Positions 37,176 to 49,806 of a DNA stretch of 61,848 nucleotides are shown here, piece after piece. The position numbers and the translations under genes were made by a program. Positions within the stretch are counted from its first letter, which is position 1. Every line of letters starts with the position of its first letter. The notes under the pieces are model-generated. The model did not search any database. It had not been told where the DNA came from and saw only the letters and a list, made by a program, of their open reading frames with translations. This DNA is from Reclinomonas americana ATCC 50394 (taxonomy: Eukaryota), in contig PS015384.1 of assembly GCA_048213135.1 (NCBI GenBank), positions 1 to 61,848 on the forward strand. Direction: 5' to 3'.

Positions 37176-38591
37176 ATGGTGGAGCGTGGCACAGTGAACA
37201 GCAGCAGCAACAACAACAACAATGCACAGAAGATGTCGTCATTAGATGCGGTGCAGGTGTCGAAGCGTGGAATCGTGCGCGCCACAGTCAGCGATCACGA
37301 GAAGAAGCTGTTTATGCGCTTCAACTACTTTATCATTCCGCTCTTCCAGGTCGCCAATGTGCTGCTCGGTGTGTGTGTGTGTGTAAGAGAGAGAGTGTGC
37401 GTGGAATGAGAGTGGCAGCAATGTGACACTTGATGTGATGCAGCTGGCATCCTCTTCTTCCGCTTGTGTGGATCGGCGGCTGACTATGCGCTGGCGGTGT
37501 TGGCCTTGTTTGGAGGAGTTGCGATGCCTTTGCCCTCCCGCTGCTCTCTGTCTCTCTGTCTTTGCGCCGACAATCGTGCGCGCGCGCGTAGATGTTGGTG
37601 ATTGATGCGTACTCGTATGCCGGCCATCACTTGATTGACAACTATGGAGCGGAGAACACGCCGTGTTGCGTTCACCACCGCTCTTCTCTTTCGTTGCTTT
37701 GGTGGCGCTCACCGACCTCTGTGTGTGTGTGCGCAGTGATGGGCAAGAAGGTCATTCTGCCGTTCCGTGTGCACCACGACGATCCCATGGAGCTGACCAC
37801 GCACGGCTTCTGGGAGGCCAATGGCAACACGTGCCTCGCCGGCATCCCTTTCTCCATCATTGGTATGTGCAGCAGCACACGCCGTTCCGTGAACCCTCCG
37901 TATAACTCCGTGCACGCAGCGTTGTACAATCTGTTCAAGTACGCTCCGACCGCCGGTGACGACTGGGCGATTGTGTTTGTGGGCTTTGTCATCGGTTTCT
38001 GGGGCCTCTTCTCGTTCAGCAACCAGATGCACATCTGGTCGCACATGTACCGCAAGGACGTGCCTGTGGTCATTCGTTTCTTGCAGAACGTGGGCATTCT
38101 TGTCAGCAAGGAGGTGTGTCGTGATCCACGCACTCCTCTTCCGTTCTCCTCCATTTCTCAAGAGCGCCGGGGGCACGCAGGGACACGCCACACATCACTC
38201 GGAGTTCGCACGTACGTCGTACGCGCTGGTCACTGGCTGGACCAACTGGGTGTTTGATCAGATCCGCTTTGGCGAGATGCTGGAAGCCGTGATTCGGTGA
38301 GCCGCAAGATGCACCACCGTCTTAAAATGTGCGCGTGCGTGTGTATATATGCCGTGCCCTGACTGTGCCACCCGCAGCTTCGTGTCGGGCGTGGAGCCGG
38401 TGACCAAGCTGGAGATGGAGTTGCCGGCGGAGGAGCTGAATGCGCGTAAGCCGACCCGGTGGGAGTCCGTCACCTTCCCTTGCATCCTCTTCCCCGTCAC
38501 CTACTTGTCTCTGTTTATTCCCTCCTCTATCTTGCTGTACTTGTTCCTTTCACGGTCACCAGCGGTGCTGGCGGCCAGTGGAATGGCTTAG
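37176..38591 (+). CDS. TMEM189/PEDS1/CarF/FAD4-family lipid desaturase
   Basis: His motifs AGHHLIDNYG..NTP, FRVHHDDP, SNQMHIWSH, GHATHH, followed by YALVTGWTNWVFDQIRF; no fused ubiquitin-conjugating domain. Confidence 0.88.
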
Positions 38592-38670
38592 AGAACTCCT
38601 CCTCCCTATTGTCTCCCTTTACCTTGGTGCGTGCAGCGCGACCGATTATTATTGTTGCTTTCGTTTCCTC

Positions 38671-39682
38671 TTAGTACACTGTGAATTTCATACACCTCGT
38701 CTCGTCGTGCGTCCCCTTGCATTTGACGCAGCAGAAGCGCTGGCCGCACCGCAGGCACTTGTAATCACCGTGTTGTCTGCCAAGCGCATGTCAGCACTCG
38801 ACGAACATTCCCCCTGCCCTCCCTCCAAGACACTCACCCGCAGATGGAGCACAGCAAGTGCGGCAGGCGCTGCGAGGGGCCAGCCTGAATGGAAAAGTAG
38901 TTGGGTGGATCCTTCGGGTGCTTCTCCCGCAGCTCTTGCGGATTGGGTGGGTCCTTCAACGTCAGTCCATACTGCACGCAGTGGCCAGCCATCCTCAGCA
39001 ACAAGCCACCTATACACACGCAACACACAGAAGCACACACGCAACATCCTTCCAGAACACGCGATCCAGCGTTCGCACCGGCAGCTGTCCATGTGCCGAT
39101 TGCCCGCGTTCTGCACCACAAAAAAAGCGTGAGCACCATGCACCTCGCCAAACCAATGCACTTGAGCAACGCAACTGCCGCCAGCCGACTGACCACGCGA
39201 GGAGCCCGCCGCACCTCCTGCACCCCCTGCAGCACTCTTCTTCTTTGGTCGCTTGCGCGTGGGTTGATACATTTCGCCTGCGTGGTGTCGACGACCAAGT
39301 GAGAACACACGCACACACGTACTCGGTGAGAGGAGACCAACTCAACTATCCGAGTCCACATAGTCCGAGTCACCATCGCCACCCAGCGCCATGCTGCCAA
39401 TCCTCCCAAAGTCGTCCACATTCTGTCGACCTGTGTGTGTCACATGCAAGACGTGAGTCTCCAGCTCTCTCTGTGTGAGAGAGTATGCACACGTGCCTAG
39501 TGTATAGTTGTCATTGTCAAGCGCCTCCAGACGCGAGCGCTGCACCTCGCGACGCGTCTCCTCGTCCACCACTTGCAGGCGTTCGCTGACCTGAGTTCGC
39601 GTGTGCGTGAGTGAAGCAGGGAAGGTAGTGTGCGTGGAAACACATGTCACACCTTGCGAGTGCGGCCTGATCGCTTCTCCAT
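38671..39682 (-). CDS. ZNHIT1: Zinc finger HIT protein 1 / SWC6 / Vps71 (SWR1 complex)
   Basis: MEKRSGRTRK|VSERL...SRLEALDNDN and C-terminal PPNYFSIQAGPS...CSICG|QHGDYKCLRCGQRFCCVKCKGTHDETRCMKFTVY*. Confidence 0.92.
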
Positions 39683-39854
39683 CTCACCAGTTGTGATTTG
39701 TGTGAGTCGTGTGACACGACGAACTTGTCACATCAAATCACTTCACATCGCGTCGTCGACAGTCGATTCGCAGTTTCTCTTTTTTTCTTCGCGTGGAGAG
39801 AAGACAACTCAACCTCACTGGTTCCTGCCTTTCTTTTTTTTCCTTATTGTTGCC

Positions 39855-40193
39855 ATGGAGACGCTGTTGGTGGAGATTTTGCGCACACAAAACGAAATGC
39901 TGGCCGAGGTGCCGCTGACGGCGCTGCGTACGGCGTCGCGCACCGAGCGAGAATCGATGCTGGCGGCCGTGTCCACGCTACGTACAGAGATCGAGGCATC
40001 GCTCCAGGCGATCCGAAACTCCCGCACCACGCCCACCCGGGCCCCGACCAGCAGCGTGGCGACGTCGACGGCGCTCGACGACCTGATTGACGAATTGCAG
40101 TTCCGGATGATGGCGGTGGAGGAGGTGGCCGGTGTGACGCGCCATCGCCACACGCACGTCTACGACTGCGACGACAGAGACGCCATGCAATAA
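39855..40193 (+). CDS. Small intronless helical/coiled-coil hypothetical protein (112 aa)
   Basis: gccATGG start after a T-rich leader, coding-like composition, fits between ZNHIT1 and PSME4. No family recognised. Confidence 0.55.
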   Translation: METLLVEILRTQNEMLAEVPLTALRTASRTERESMLAAVSTLRTEIEASLQAIRNSRTTPTRAPTSSVATSTALDDLIDELQFRMMAVEEVAGVTRHRHTHVYDCDDRDAMQ

Positions 40194-40235
40194 AACATAG
40201 TAACCATACTCTATGCACTCTCTCTCGATCGCCCG

Positions 40236-43200
40236 TCAACAATAGTACGACGGGGCAATCATCAGCTCGGTGAGAATATCTAGCTCTTCCTCCGTGAACT
40301 TGTTCTTGTGCTCCGCACTCCATCCGTTCTGGTGACTCGTCTGTGCAGGTGCTAGTCAGGGAGCAGCACGACACGCGTAGATAAAAACAAAACACGAACC
40401 CAGAACGACGAGAGCACGGTGCGCACGGCGGCCGACACCGGGAACGGGTCGTTGATGTGTTTCGCCACCTCCACCAACGCCATGCGCGCACTCGGCTGCA
40501 CGTCATGCGGGTAGCCACGGACAATGGCGCCAAGTCCGAGGACGCCGCTGTGTCGGCGCAGCGTCAACCCACGAGCTGCGTGCATTCACCCGAGTGAGGA
40601 AAGAGGGGAGAAAAGCACGCTGACGACGATGGTATGGTGCATCACGCACTGTCCGGGTGATCCAGGTCAAACTTGCGACCCTTCTTCGGCATGGGCGTGC
40701 GCACCCACTCGAGGAATGTGTCAATCAGTGGCTGCAGCTTGTCCTCCGCCTCCAGCAATGGTACGTAGCCCGAGAGCGCCACGGAAGCCAGATCACGGAC
40801 CTGTGGTCATTGTGTGGGGTTGTGTGCGTGGCTTTCCTCGAAGCACGCAGTCATACCTCCATCATCGAGTCACCGAGGGCACTCACGAGGACCTCGAAGA
40901 AGCCGTTCCATGTGACATCTGTGTGCAGCAGTGGTGAGTGGGCGGCAGCTGCATGAGGACAGCATAGTGACAAAAAACCGACCGTCGAGCAGGAAGCGAT
41001 TCTTAAACACCAGGGACCTGCGCATGCAGCAGCGGCTCGCACAGTGAGTGCACGCCATGAATTGCTCGCCTCCATCGCTTCACCACGCAACTGCAGCATC
41101 ACGAGAACGCCCATGCGATTCTGCCACGTGGTTCCCTCCTGGTCTCGCAACACCGTGTACAGGTAGTCAAAGAACTCGGAGGTGATATTGTCGGCCGCTG
41201 CGCAGCACCGAGAGTGTCGGCGCACAAAACAATGCAACAAAGATACAGCAACGCAACTGTGCTTGCGCCCGTAGACCAAATCCGGGTTGGGCGGGTTGCG
41301 CGGTCCAAAGAAGATGGGATGTGCCATGTTGACTAAAGTCATGTTGGCAATTCCGCGTACATCCTGTCACGCACGCCCCAGTGCTGTTGAGTCAACGCAG
41401 CATCACAGATGCGAACGCAACAACAAAGGAAAGCGCAACATCATCCGGTGCATTCTGCGCGCGCAGCACGACCGGCAGCAGCGGAATAACATACTGGTAG
41501 AACATGCGCCAGCGTGCAACATTCGTGCACTTGTAAATAAAGGTGACGGCCGTCTCGTAGACTGCGAGAGATGAACGCGCGCAGAAGTGAGAGACCAACT
41601 CCTCGCTCGCTGCATTCTGCACCTCCGCCAACTCACCACCGACGAGACACAGAGCATCGTCCGGGTTGCACTACAATGGGCGAGGGGTGGTCACTCATGT
41701 GAGATCTTCCATGTGATATGCACGTCAGCAACACTCACCTCGAATGTGGGGAACGGATTGCCGGAAAAGAATGCCGGCGATAGCAGATCGACACTCGGTG
41801 TGCTCGGCGTCTCTGGCGTGTAGCCCACGGTGACGCCCTGGTGGCCGCGCGCAGAGAACGTGAGAGCGGGCATGGCAGGTGGATTTGTCTGCTGACTCGA
41901 CAGCCGCTGTCCTGCCACCGTCACCACACCACCCGACACGGGCTGCGCCGGCATCGGCTCCTCAAAGTTCGGCATTGTCACACTGTGTGTCATGCCGGTG
42001 AGGTCGGGTGCGGCCGGAGTCGCTGGCTGCGGATGTGCCAGCTCCAGGGTGGTGGTGGGATCAAAGGCGATCATGGCCGCCGCCGTACTCGCATCCAGCT
42101 CGTCCCCGACATACTCGCCGGCGTGCACGATTGAATTCTCCAGTCGCGCAATGTCTTCGGCCACCTGGTTCAGATCGATCATCAGCAGCTCCTGGCACCA
42201 CGTCTTGACGAAATTCATCAGACTGCAGTTGCCAGAGTGAGCACCGCGGCAGACAGGCAGGCAGGGACACCAACGCAGTATGATTACCGCACCGACTGTT
42301 GACTTCGTTGCCCGAGTTGGCATACGAGGCACGGTGCGTATCCTTGGTGATGGCCGGACGCCACAGATTGTTGAAAATCTACAGTGGATGGACGAATGAG
42401 GACATTTGTTCAGTCCACGCAATGCACGCGGTGCTACACCCACCTGGAACAGCAGCGTGGAGATCTCGTAGCGCACAGCCTTGACTGGGTGGCTCAGATA
42501 GTGCTGCATGACCTCCAGTAGGCGGTAATTCATCTCCGGCAGCGTCCACATTGTCTCCACAGCAATCGGCTGCAGGTACTGCAGCTGCCGCAGGATGATT
42601 GACGAGGGTGTGTTGAGGCTGTCGAGCGTCACTTGAGAGAAGCAGAGCTCTGCGGTGGACAATGTGAGATGCGCAATCACAAACCACAACCACGACAACA
42701 AAGACACACAGACCGATGAACGGCCGACACCGACGCGGGTCACGATCGGAGACGCAAAAGACGGCAAACGAGTACCAGTAGCCGGTGCATTGCAACGACG
42801 ACATGTACATGCACACTTGCAGAAGCGGGAGCAGTTCCTCCCACTGTGTGTACGGCACACACAATTCAACATCTCACGCGTGGCAGAGAAAACTGAAGAG
42901 CACTCGACCATAAGACGCAACGAGCTGCTGTTGCTGAGCAAAGGGCCAGTTCTTCGAGCCGCGAACGAAACCGGCGCATAGAGTGGCGCACAAGAACATG
43001 GCCGGCAGCTCCTCGTGGCCCGTCTGACCAGCCATGCTGGCGCACTTGTCGAGCGTGGGCTTTACCATGTTCCAGAAGCGCACTCCGAGCAACCGAGCAA
43101 TGTCCTTGACGTTGCGCACGGCAGCACCTGCCAGCCAGACGTTCTGCAAACAAGGGACGAAAAGAAGTGTGAGCGCAAGCAGCTGCGATACACACGCCAA

Positions 43201-46200
43201 GAATGTGAAGGCGACAAAACATCGGGCGTGGCTTCGCTCTTCAGCTGCCGCATGATGCCCTCGAGAAGCGTCTCAGTTGGACCCGTGTCGCCCGGCGACT
43301 CCACACCAGCTGCACACTCGCAGAAGTGAGCACACCCCAAGAACGACACGAAGAATTCAACAGCACAAACTCAAGTACCGGCGGCGCCGGCCGCAGCCGC
43401 GGAGGAGCTGCTGCGAGTGGCACGTCGTGGCTGCTGCAACAGTTGTGCAATCATCTCTGCCAGACTCTCGGCATGGCGGGTCTGTTCGCGCGCCTCGGGA
43501 GTCGCAGTCCGTGCATGCTCCACCGTCTCCGGCGCATAGTTGTAGACGGTAAACTCCACCGGATCGGCATAGAATCCAAGAACTGCACACCGGCACCACT
43601 GCGTGTGAGGACTTCGCACAAGTCGGCGATAACTCGCACGCCCAGACAACACAACTCTTGTCATAAAAGTTGCACTTGAGCCACTGCTCTTCGTTCTCAG
43701 GCTGGTCGGCGTAGATGGCGACCTGTCGGTGGAAAGCGGGGCGATCAGAGGGCGGACTGCCAACAACAAAACAGCCGCAGATTAGTGCAAACAGTAAAGA
43801 CTATCCCATGCTGCACCTTCGCCATCAGCACGCAACGGCCGAATGTTGAGCTTGGGCGACGGCACTTTGAATTGCACCAGGGCTCGAGTCAAGGCCGACG
43901 CACTGCACCGCACAGAGATGATGAGTGCGCACACCGAGGTGAACCACTCCACCGACCCCCACTCAACGCCATCGATCGCACGCCGGCCACATCCGACGCC
44001 AGCTGCTTCAACAGGAACATCACCATGCGCGGCGGCGGCGGCTCCTCGGTGCGAATCTGGCTGCAGATGAGACCCGTGATGAGCGACTGGAACTTCCAGT
44101 GTCGCACCGGGAGACTGCATCGATGCCGGCGACTGATGAGTACCAGCAAATCAACCATATAGCGGACACTCGGACGCAACTTGGAGGTGAGCAGAGTCGT
44201 GTCCAGATCGGCCACAGCGTCGGCGGCAGTTCCGACAGCCTGCACGCCGCTCTCGCCGCACATGTCGCCGGCGTCGACAATGTTGAGCAGGAAATGGATC
44301 TGTGCGCATGTGCACATGTCAACACTCACTCGAACAAGACTCCTTGACACTTGACTGTGCATTGCAAACTCACAAATCCATTCCACCTGGCCAAAGCGAG
44401 TTCACCTGCGGACGCAGACAAACACAATTTATATGAGTACACGAGAGGGAGGAACTCGTGTCACGCCGGGAGACGCAACGATTCTCGGGCGTAATGGCGA
44501 CACCACCATGGAAGTGGGAGCGTGCGATGGTGATGAGCGGCAATTCCCATGTGGCCAGCAGCTCGTTGGAGATCAAGTTCAGCATCTCTTGCAGGGACAC
44601 CTGCAACAAGCCAGGCGCAGCAGTCAGTGATCGGCACCAAAGATATTTCGCGTGAAACACCCGCGCGTCCACCTTTTCCAGATGGGTCGTGGTCAGCATG
44701 GTCAGGCAGAGAGATGTGAACAGCTTCCAGCTGCCGAGGATCTTGGGCAGCACTGCGAATCGAAACACGATACTCAGTGAGACGGCCGCAATAAAACATG
44801 ATGTCGAAAATAGGGAGCAGCGAACCTTGGAAGCTGCCCAGCACCCACGCAGCGCCCTTGATCTCGTGCGCCTTGGCATCTGCACAGGAGAGGGTTGGTT
44901 TCGAGACGACAGGCGCCACACGCAAGCAGGCAGTTCTCTCACCGAGTTTCGTCAGCGAACGGAAGATGGTGGGTATCACACGACGGCAAATCTCTGCAGG
45001 GAACGCCTGCCAGAACAGCTCCAAAGCACCTTGTGCCGCTCTACGCAACATAATACCACAGTCAACGTATGTCACCGTAGGAATGCACGACGAGGACGCA
45101 ACTGTCGAACGTCGACAAATTCGTGGAGCGACAGCGACAGCATTATGTGGATGAGGTCATAGTACGGACGAGTGATCACCAGCGCGTTGCTCGACTGCTC
45201 CAACAATCTGGTCGCGTGACGGTCGACTGCATGCAGGGCTGTGTCGAGAGAGGAATGAATGAACAGGCACGCACACGTCGCAATCAAATAGCAGCAGCAA
45301 ACGAACCCAGGTGGTGGCGCAAGTATCGGCCGTCCGGCTCGAACACGTCGTACACGTCGCTCTTGAGCAGACTCCAGAATGAACGCAAAGCATTGGTGGC
45401 CGCAGCGCTGCCGCCTCGTGGTGCCATGAGAGCGATGGTTAGCTGCTCAACGCCATACAATCAGCCAAGAGACCATAGATCATGCGCGTGGTTATCTCGC
45501 GAACCTTGCAGACATTCTTCCAGAACTTGGGCACATCGACCAGTGGCTGGCCAAGCTTGACGTACATCTTCTCGATGAGACGCACGATGCGCACGCGCAC
45601 CGTCAGCAGCTCGCCTGCACAAAAGGCAAGTGTGAGACGGGAAACAGGGCAGAACGGGGGCGACAGCGTGGACGCAACGGTACGCCTCAGAGTCGTCGGG
45701 AGCATACGCCGTTCCATCGTCAACCGGAAGCGTAATAAGCGGCACCTCAATGATCGTGGAGTCGACGCTGTAGGAATCCAATGTGAGTCGGAGCGATACT
45801 GCGCACATGGTGGTGAACAGCGGCACCTCAAGTCATCCGTCGGGATCTCGGGAATGGCAAGCGAAGCGCCAATGATCACCGTCTGCAGCATGGCAATGGC
45901 GTCGAGAGCTACACTCACGTCCATGCGAGTCGACCCTCTGCACACAGAGAGAGAGGTCAGCAGAAAACACAGCCTGGACGAGCATCAACATCGATCACGA
46001 AACTCGACTGGGGGTGCTCCATCCGCACTCCACTCAGCAATAAACTGCTCCAGCGTAGCAAAGCACTCCTTGATGTGCGTCCACGCCAATTCACGCACGC
46101 GCGACACTTGCGCGGCTTTCTGCACCGGTACAAGCGGTGAGATGACAACACTGTTGAGCGGTACCGTCGATTTGCAGGGAAGTGACAAACCGGCTTGTCC

Positions 46201-49200
46201 CACTGGAACTCGGCCGTCTCGGCCGTGTACGTGCGAGCCCAGTACTTCCAGCTGGCCTCCTGGAACTCTTGCGATTCCCACTCGGTCGGCGACACGCAGC
46301 GAGCCTCGCTCAACGCCGTGCCCAGCAATTGGTCAAAGAGCTGTTCAGCGTGCAGTGAGCGCACCAGGAAAGACGCGATCACGACCATGCAGGACGCCTA
46401 ACCTTGCCAACAATCTCGGACCCAGCACGACGGCACTTGCGCAGTTTGCTCGTCATTGCCGCACCGGCGATTTCCATCAGTGTCGGACTGAGTGGTCATA
46501 CAAGTGAGAAGCGCAACACGGGGGGGCTGGGCGAACATGAAAGTCGTGGTAACGCAACAGCTGCTCCTCCACAATGCACAACTCGGCTCCGTCAATGGCT
46601 TCCGCAAGGAAACCGAGATTCCACAACAGCTCGCTCTCGGTCAGCGATCGCAGCTTCATACCTATCACGAAGACACACGTGAGCGACGAATCCTCTCCAC
46701 ACAACAACAGCAGCAGCAGGAATGAGATTTGCAGACCCTGCGCCGTCTTCTCCAGCAACAGTCCGTGGATGTGTCGCACAAAGTGCTCCAAACTGTTCGT
46801 GGCCCGGACCACCATGCCAGCCTGTCACACAGGTCAGCGACAGAATGGTTGTGCACAAACAACTATACGAGCACACGCACTGTAGCCACGCCCATGTCCT
46901 CCAGCGCCGACGACAGGCCGTCGTACACACATCGCTTCAGTCGACTGCGCATGTCTGGCGAGGTCTGGTGCACCAGCAGACTCAGCGTGAACAGCAACTC
47001 CATCGACAGGCCGGCGTCGTGTTTGTTTTGAGGGATGATGGTGCGGACCTGCGACATCCCACGTTGACAACAGCAGCATTGCAGCAATTCGCAAGGCGCA
47101 GCAAGACGCAACGAATGAGAGGCATCGCTGCAGAGTCAAGAACAACCACGAATCCCAGTTTGCGCCAATCGACGCCAACGCCTCACTGTGCGCAACTCCC
47201 GGTCAGCAACACATCATCACTGTGTGTCGACGAGCTGAGACAGTACCGATCCGCTTCGGGGAGAGCAAGGAAATCCGCGCGCTGTGTGTTGTACGGAAGG
47301 GCGGCTACGCACGACAACACGTCTGTTGTGCACACAATGTCGCCAGTGAGACACTGGCGTGCGCGACCGATAGTGGAAAATTAAAACACACGACGAAACT
47401 CGAAACCACACTGCATGCCAACACCGAGTTGGTGTTGTTTCCGGGGTCAATGGCCAGCGGCAGGTGCGGAAGGATTTGCAGCAGACGGCTGGGAGCACCG
47501 GGACCTGTAAGCAGGGCGCGAAACGAGTACCTCCACGCCAGGAGCGCCGACGTCGACCGGTGAATCTCGTGCACGGCATCAAAGGCACCACTGATGGCCT
47601 CGGTGAACCGCGGCAACGTGTAGGTCGGGGAGATGACTGGCAACGCATTGCAGTGAGCAATCGTTCGACCACAGCAGCAAGCGTGAAACGAGGGGACGCA
47701 ACAAGAAAGGTACTTGATGCCCAGCACCGCAATGCCCTGCAACGCGGGATTCTCCGCATACATGGCCTTTAGCAGCATCGGTAGCACCAGAGACGAGAAA
47801 CGCTGCGCGTGTTCGGGCTTGAGCATCCATTCGTCGCTGTAACGGTGCTCGCGGTTCAGCTCTGCGGGGGCACGGGGATGAGTGAGACTTGAGGAGAAAA
47901 GTCTGCTCTCAATGCATCCAAGTCGGCCGACCTTGCGAGAGACGCCGGGAAAAGTTGAAGCAGAGACCGTCGAGGAAGGAGCCGAGCACCGATACATCGG
48001 CCTGCTGCGACGGATGGTAGAAGCTGCGCGACGGCATGAACAGAGAGAGCGTGCTGGGAAAAAACAACATGTCAACCCCGCAACATCTCAATGGACTCGA
48101 TGAGGCGTCCGAGGTAATTGAACGCCATATCCGACGTCGGACTGAGCATGTACACCAGCAGGCCGGCGCAGGCACGAGCCGAATTCGCCGTGTTGTACGC
48201 CGGGAACAGACTCTGCTCAATCTCGCTGTTCATCGACGGCATTGTGGAGTTGGCCATTGCACCGACAGTCAAGTCTGTGGCACGATTCAGAAGTGCAGTT
48301 CAGCGACACCTGCACACAAGCGACGACGCACCGAGGGTGTCGAGGAGCTTGCTGTAGATGAGATCGATAAACTTGGACCAATCGATCCGGTCTGCCAGAC
48401 GCACGGCGGTGTTGAGCAGGTAGAAGAACATGGCGCTGTCGAACATAAAGTCGGTGCCTGCGAGTCGGAGTGCGTGAGTACAAACTCCCGCCAGGCCCCC
48501 GCAGAGAACACCAATCACTGCGCACCACGCCACGTCCACAGCTCCATCAGCTCGTCGAGCACCTCGTCAATGTTGCTCGGGCACGGAGTGAGGAAGATCA
48601 TCATCACTTGGTACCACAGCTTGCTGACATCGGTGGGATACGAGATGCGAGCACGGCACATGTCCATGACCTCGGCGGCGCTGGAGGGTGGGAAGTAGTG
48701 GCGCGCCGTCAGGGCCAGCGTCACCAGATCGTCAACCAAGTGCTTGGTTCCCGGAGTGAGAAGCAGCAACAGCAGCAGTCAAGGAGAGCACAGGATCAAA
48801 AAAAACAAGCAAGCGAAGAGGAGTTAAAGACATCAAGGATATGCATTGACCCGGTGCATAAGCTGCTGGGAGCGGAAGAGCAGCTTGCGAAGCTTCTCAA
48901 AGAGCGGTCGCCACTCCAGCTGGAAATCATCCGGCAGCCACAACGGCTTCCTGCACACACACACACAGATCATCATCAGCATTGCACCCGAAAGAAGAAG
49001 GAGGGAGAGGAAGCCACGCACTTGAGCAGCGCAATGACGGCATTGACAAAGAAGCCTTGCGTACGCTCATCCATCTGCGGTGCGAACGTGGCGCGCCACA
49101 GGAAGCGCGTCAGCTCCGCATGATCGGGCTTGCTGAGCTTGTACTTGAATGTGCGCATCGATCTGTGTGCGGCGAACTCCATGAGATGCACCACCACAAG

Positions 49201-49737
49201 GAAAGAATGGATGGGAGACAATCGCACCGGAAGAGCAAGCGAACGGCAATCACATAGCTGCGAAAGTCAATGCCACCGGCGTCGTCTATTCGCAGACAGA
49301 GAGTGGTGAGCGGAAAATAAAAAAATGCGATCACCACTCAAAACACGGACACACAGCGCATTCGTCTCACCAGGAGGCGCCGAGCGAACGGCACGCATGA
49401 GTTCCTACGCATCACAGCAAGTGAGCACACACACCGGAAGAGAGAGGGAGAAACAAACAAGAAAACAACAACAACAAAATACCTGGTAGAATGCTCCGAG
49501 CTCGCTCTCTCGAATGCGCGACCAGTACGGCAGCGCGCGTGTGATGCACGAGGCGCGGAAACCTGTCTCGCCTCCATCGCTGACTCCACCAGCGACACCA
49601 CTGCCACTTGCATTGGCAGCAGAGGAAGAAGAGGACGACGATTCTCCGCTGCCCTTTGCTGCTGCTTGTTCTTGCTGCTGCTGCTCGCTCAGGTGAAAGT
49701 ACTCATCCCAGTGACGAGGCGCCGCCTCGCCGCTCAT
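40236..49737 (-). CDS. PSME4: Proteasome activator complex subunit 4 (PA200/Blm10)
   Basis: ALPY, ARHYFP, ILPHLPLAIDPGN, ELLWNL, and C-terminal RRHSGVLGLGAIVRGYP...FW|TSHQNGW..HKNKFTEEELDILTELMIAPSYYC* with terminal HbYX motif. Confidence 0.92.
48756..48842 (-). other. U12-type AT-AC intron in PSME4
   Basis: Donor ATATCCTT (48842-48835), branch-site TCCTTGAC (48785-48778), acceptor CAC; removal restores HRVNA-PGTKHLVDDL in frame. Confidence 0.8.
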
Positions 49738-49806
49738 TCGCAAAGTTTTTATATTTTTCACGGTCCGGCTTCGTTGATCCGCACACGCAATTCGTTTCTT
49801 GTGAGA

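Noticed and set aside
42338-42345. GTATCCTT, a perfect U12 donor word
   Set aside because: It is on the plus strand, antisense to PSME4, with no plus-strand gene to serve.
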